From positions 160,394,001 to 160,458,000 of the forward strand of contig NC_042998.1 in the NCBI RefSeq assembly GCF_006345805.1: DNA of 64,000 nucleotides, given 5' to 3'. Below, one piece after another: positions 60,510 through 64,000 of the stretch. Source of the stretch: Octopus sinensis. Its lineage: Eukaryota. The position numbers and the translations under genes were made by a program. The stretch's first letter is position 1. Each line of letters begins with the position of its first letter. Under the pieces are notes generated by a model that saw nothing but the letters and a program-made list of their open reading frames with translations, was not told where the DNA came from and made no database searches.

Positions 60510-63181
60510 AGTGACCTAGAATAACATGGTGTGGAACAATATTGTAGACAGGGCTATTAGAGAAAAAGACAGGCTTGGAAGGTCTGGAAAAATGGGGGTA
60601 GCAGGGAATTGTATCAGACTGCCAAAAAGAAGCTAGGAGACAGGTATTTAGCCAGAGGGGAAGCAGATAAGAAAAAATTTGCCAATGTTCTGCGCCGTGA
60701 GGACCAAAGACTGGAGGTGTTTCGTGTTGCAAGACAGTGTTTGAGAGAGAATCGTGATGTGGTAGGAGAGAAGTGTGTTCGCATGGAAGATGTTCACTGC
60801 GCTAAATGAGGATGCGAAGAGAGAGGTTTGGAGATGCCACTATGAAAGGTTGCTGAATGAAGAAGAAAATGAATGGGATAGAAGAGAGTTTGCCGAATGT
60901 TGACCCAACAGAGGGACCAGCTATCCGAGTTGATAGTTCTGTGGTAGCTAAGGCAATTAGAAGCATGAAGACAGGGAAAGCCCCAGGCCCATCAGGAATC
61001 ACTGCAGAGATGCTCAAAATGTCTGGTAGTGTCGGCTATAGCCTAGTCACCCATATAGTTAACAGGTGATACACAAAGGGGTCATACCCAATGACTGGTG
61101 TAGCAGTATAATAGTCAACTGCTACAAAGGTAAAGGTGATGCCCTAGATACAAATAACTACAGAGGTATCAAGCTGTTGGACCAGGTGATGAAGGTTACG
61201 GAGAGGGTCATAGCCCAACTAATTAGAGAGAGAGTTAGTTTAGATGAGATGCAGTTTGGGTTGTGCCAGGGGAAAGTACTACTGATGCTATATTCCTGGT
61301 AAGGCAGCTGCAGGAGAAATACCTAGCCAAGATAAGCCCCTGTACCTTGCTTTTGTTGACATGGAGAAAGCCTTCGACAGGGTCCCCCGATCCCTTATCT
61401 GGTGGGCAATGAGAAAACTAGGGATAGATGAATGGTTAGTGAGAGTGTGCGGGCCATGTATAGGGACGCCGCTAGTAGGGTGAGGGTTGGAAATGAGTAC
61501 AGTGAAGAATTCCGGGTAGAGGTAGGGGTCCACCAAGGCTCAGTACTCAGCCCCCTCCTATTTATCATAGTCCTCCAGGCAATAACGGAGGAATTCAAGA
61601 CAGGATGCCCTTGGGAGCTCCTCTATGCTGATGACCTTGCTCTAATTGCTGGAGTCGCTATCAGAACTGGAGGAGAAGTTTCAGGTGTGGAAACAAGGAT
61701 TAGAATCGAAGGGCCTCAGAGTCAATCTAGCTAAAACCAAAGTCGTCATCAGTAGGAAGGTAGACAAATCACAAACACCTTCAGGTAGATGGCCCTGCTC
61801 GATCTGTAGAAAAGGTGTAGGTAGAAACTCTATAAGATGCACCAAGTGTAAGCTATGGACACATAAGAATGCAGCAATGTCAAAGGAAGGCTAACTAGGA
61901 AGATGGTTTTTGTATGTGGCAGATGCTCAGGAACAATAAACACTGAAAATGCTCTGAGACCAACTTCCGTCACTTTCCAGGGAGAAAAAAACTAGAAATA
62001 GTTGATAGTTTCCGTTACCTAGGTGACCAAGTCAGCAGCGGGGGGGGGGGTGGGTGTGCTGAAAGTGTAACTGCTAGAGTAAGAATAGCTTGGGCAAAGT
62101 TCAGAGAGCTCTTACCTCTGCTGGTGACAAAGGCCTCTCGCAGAGTGAAAGGCAGACTGTATGATGCGTGTGTACGAACAGCCATGCTACATGGCAGTGA
62201 AACATGGGCCGTGACTGCTGAGGATATGCGTAAGCTCGCTAGAAATGAAGCCAGTATGCTCCGAGGATGTGTAATGCCGTGTACTCACAATCGGCAGAGT
62301 GTAAGTACCTTGAGAGAAAAGCTGGACCTAAGAAGCATCAGTTGTGGTGTGCAAGAGAGACGTTTGCGCTGGTATGGTCATGTGGCGAGAATGGATGAAG
62401 ATAGTTGTGTGAAAAAGTGCCACACCCTAGCGGTTGAGGGAACCTGTGGAAGAGGCAGACCCAGGAAAACCTGGGACGAGGTGGTGAAGCACGACCTTCG
62501 AACTTTAGGTCTCACTGAGGAAATGACTAGAGACCGAGACCTCTGGAAGTGTGCTGTGCGCGAGAAGACCCGCAGGACAAGTGAGTCCACAACCCGTGGC
62601 CTTCTACATGGGATGGAGCCAGCCTATGTATGCATACCTTCCCTTCTTGGGACACAAAACTCTACTTGTGAAGACGTGTTGAGGCAAGTGAGGATCAGAA
62701 TCGAAATCGATCAATGGAAATTGCGGATGTGCTACCAGTGCCGGTGGCATGTCGAAACTCTGCTTGTGAAGACCCATTGAGGCAAGTGAGGATCAGAATG
62801 GAAATCGATCAATGGAAATTGCAGATGTGTTACCAGTGCCGGTGGCATGTAAGAGAACTTTCCGTTTCGCGACCGTTGCCAGCACCGCCCCGTTTCGTGT
62901 CCGTTGCCAGCCTCGCCTGGCCCTCGTGCCGGTGGCACATAAAAAGCACCATCCGTTCGTGGCCGTTTGCCAGCTCTGTCTGGCACCAGTGCGGGTGGCA
63001 CGTAAAAAGCACCACTACACTCACGGAGTGGTTGGCGTTAGGAAGGGCATCCAGCCGTAGAAACACTGAAACACTGCCAGATTTGACTGGGCCTGATGAA
63101 GCCTTCTGGCTTCACAGACCCCAGTAGAACCGTCCAACCCATGCTAGCATGGAAAACGGACGCTAAATGATGATGATGATG
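60510..63181 (+). mobile_element. RTE-clade LINE, 5'-truncated (~2.7 kb), reverse transcriptase with a few frameshifts
   Basis: MKTGKAPGPSGITAEMLK, NYRGIKLL, FVDMEKAFDRVP, GVHQGSVLSPLLF, LLYADDL, YLGD; 3' UTR with a 98-bp duplication; (gat)n tail; no endonuclease domain in the copy. Confidence 0.95.
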
Positions 63182-64000
63182 AAAGAAGGAGATGAAAGTC
63201 CCTGGCTAATTATTAATTCTGCCATAATTCTGTTTCAGAAAGCCTAAATCCTACAGGAAATCAACAAACATCTTATCTTATCTTGTACTTATTTAGGAGA
63301 TTTAGAATATTCAGACATTCTGAGAAGGATTTGAACATACATAATTTATCATACACAAACTTCTTTCATTTAACTGTTTTTTTATTCAATTGGAAAGAAA
63401 AAAGGAGGAAGTTGATTTGAATTTATTTTACCAAATATACAATTCTTTATATATATTAAGAGTACTTTATAGAGATTATGTAGAAAAATTAATTTTTTTA
63501 TCTAATGTGATAACACTTTACTCTCCTACTCTTTGATTAATTATTAATTTTTAATTGTAGTTTTTTAAATATAGCATATTTTTAAAGGCTTTTTCTGCCC
63601 CACTGAACAGATTTTAATAGATGAAGTAGATATAGTGACAATTAGTTTAGTAATCCGTATATGGGATTTGGTAGGAAATTGTCAATTGATACAGCTAGGT
63701 CAACTGATTGTTGATTGAGAGATAAAACTTCACCCTAAATTGACATGTTTAAACAATTTACAGACATTGCATATCAACCAGTAATCTCACTATTGTTATC
63801 TTATATTTAATTTTGGAAGCATCTGTTCCAATATGTGGTTCTTGATTGAAGTATGCTTGTCTGTTTGATGAGAGAAATTACTTTGGTTCATTGAACAAAG
63901 TGAGTCACTTCATAGAAGCTCTCTTACTATCTCCAAATAGATAAAATCTATGGTAAAGGATATTTTTACTTTGAAATTACATTGAATTTGCCTAATATAG

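Noticed and set aside
62664-62689. SECIS-like reading of the RTE UTR hairpin
   Set aside because: No apical AA motif or proper kink-turn quartet geometry

Overview
AT-rich, repeat-dense eukaryotic DNA. The SINE/LINE/MITE families and dense (TA)n/(CA)n/(CAT)n microsatellites match what I know of octopus (coleoid cephalopod) genomes; this assignment comes from family recognition, not a database search. No intact multi-codon host gene, rRNA, true tRNA gene or CRISPR array is visible. Most of the window is transposon-derived: several RTE LINE copies (a ~2.7 kb young copy at 60.5-63.2 kb), two R4/Dong-type and one Hero-type RLE LINE fragments, a CR1/L2-group 3' end, a Helitron helicase fragment, mariner/Tc1, hAT and piggyBac-type MITEs, and many tRNA-derived SINEs. 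My SINE labels A-D are working names. The most interesting observations are: (1) a TSD-flanked ~1.57 kb retroelement carrying only a degenerate ORF1/gag-like frame (HAL1-like), whose 3' end is shared with a SINE; (2) a chain of candidate minus-strand micro/small exons, including two tandemly duplicated 9-nt candidates with a conserved 24-nt intron start, one of them buried in a hairpin; (3) several long foldbacks carrying Penelope-type minimal hammerhead-like motifs; (4) a covarying hairpin module that was independently duplicated in the 3' UTRs of three RTE copies. All exon and ribozyme calls are unverified inferences.
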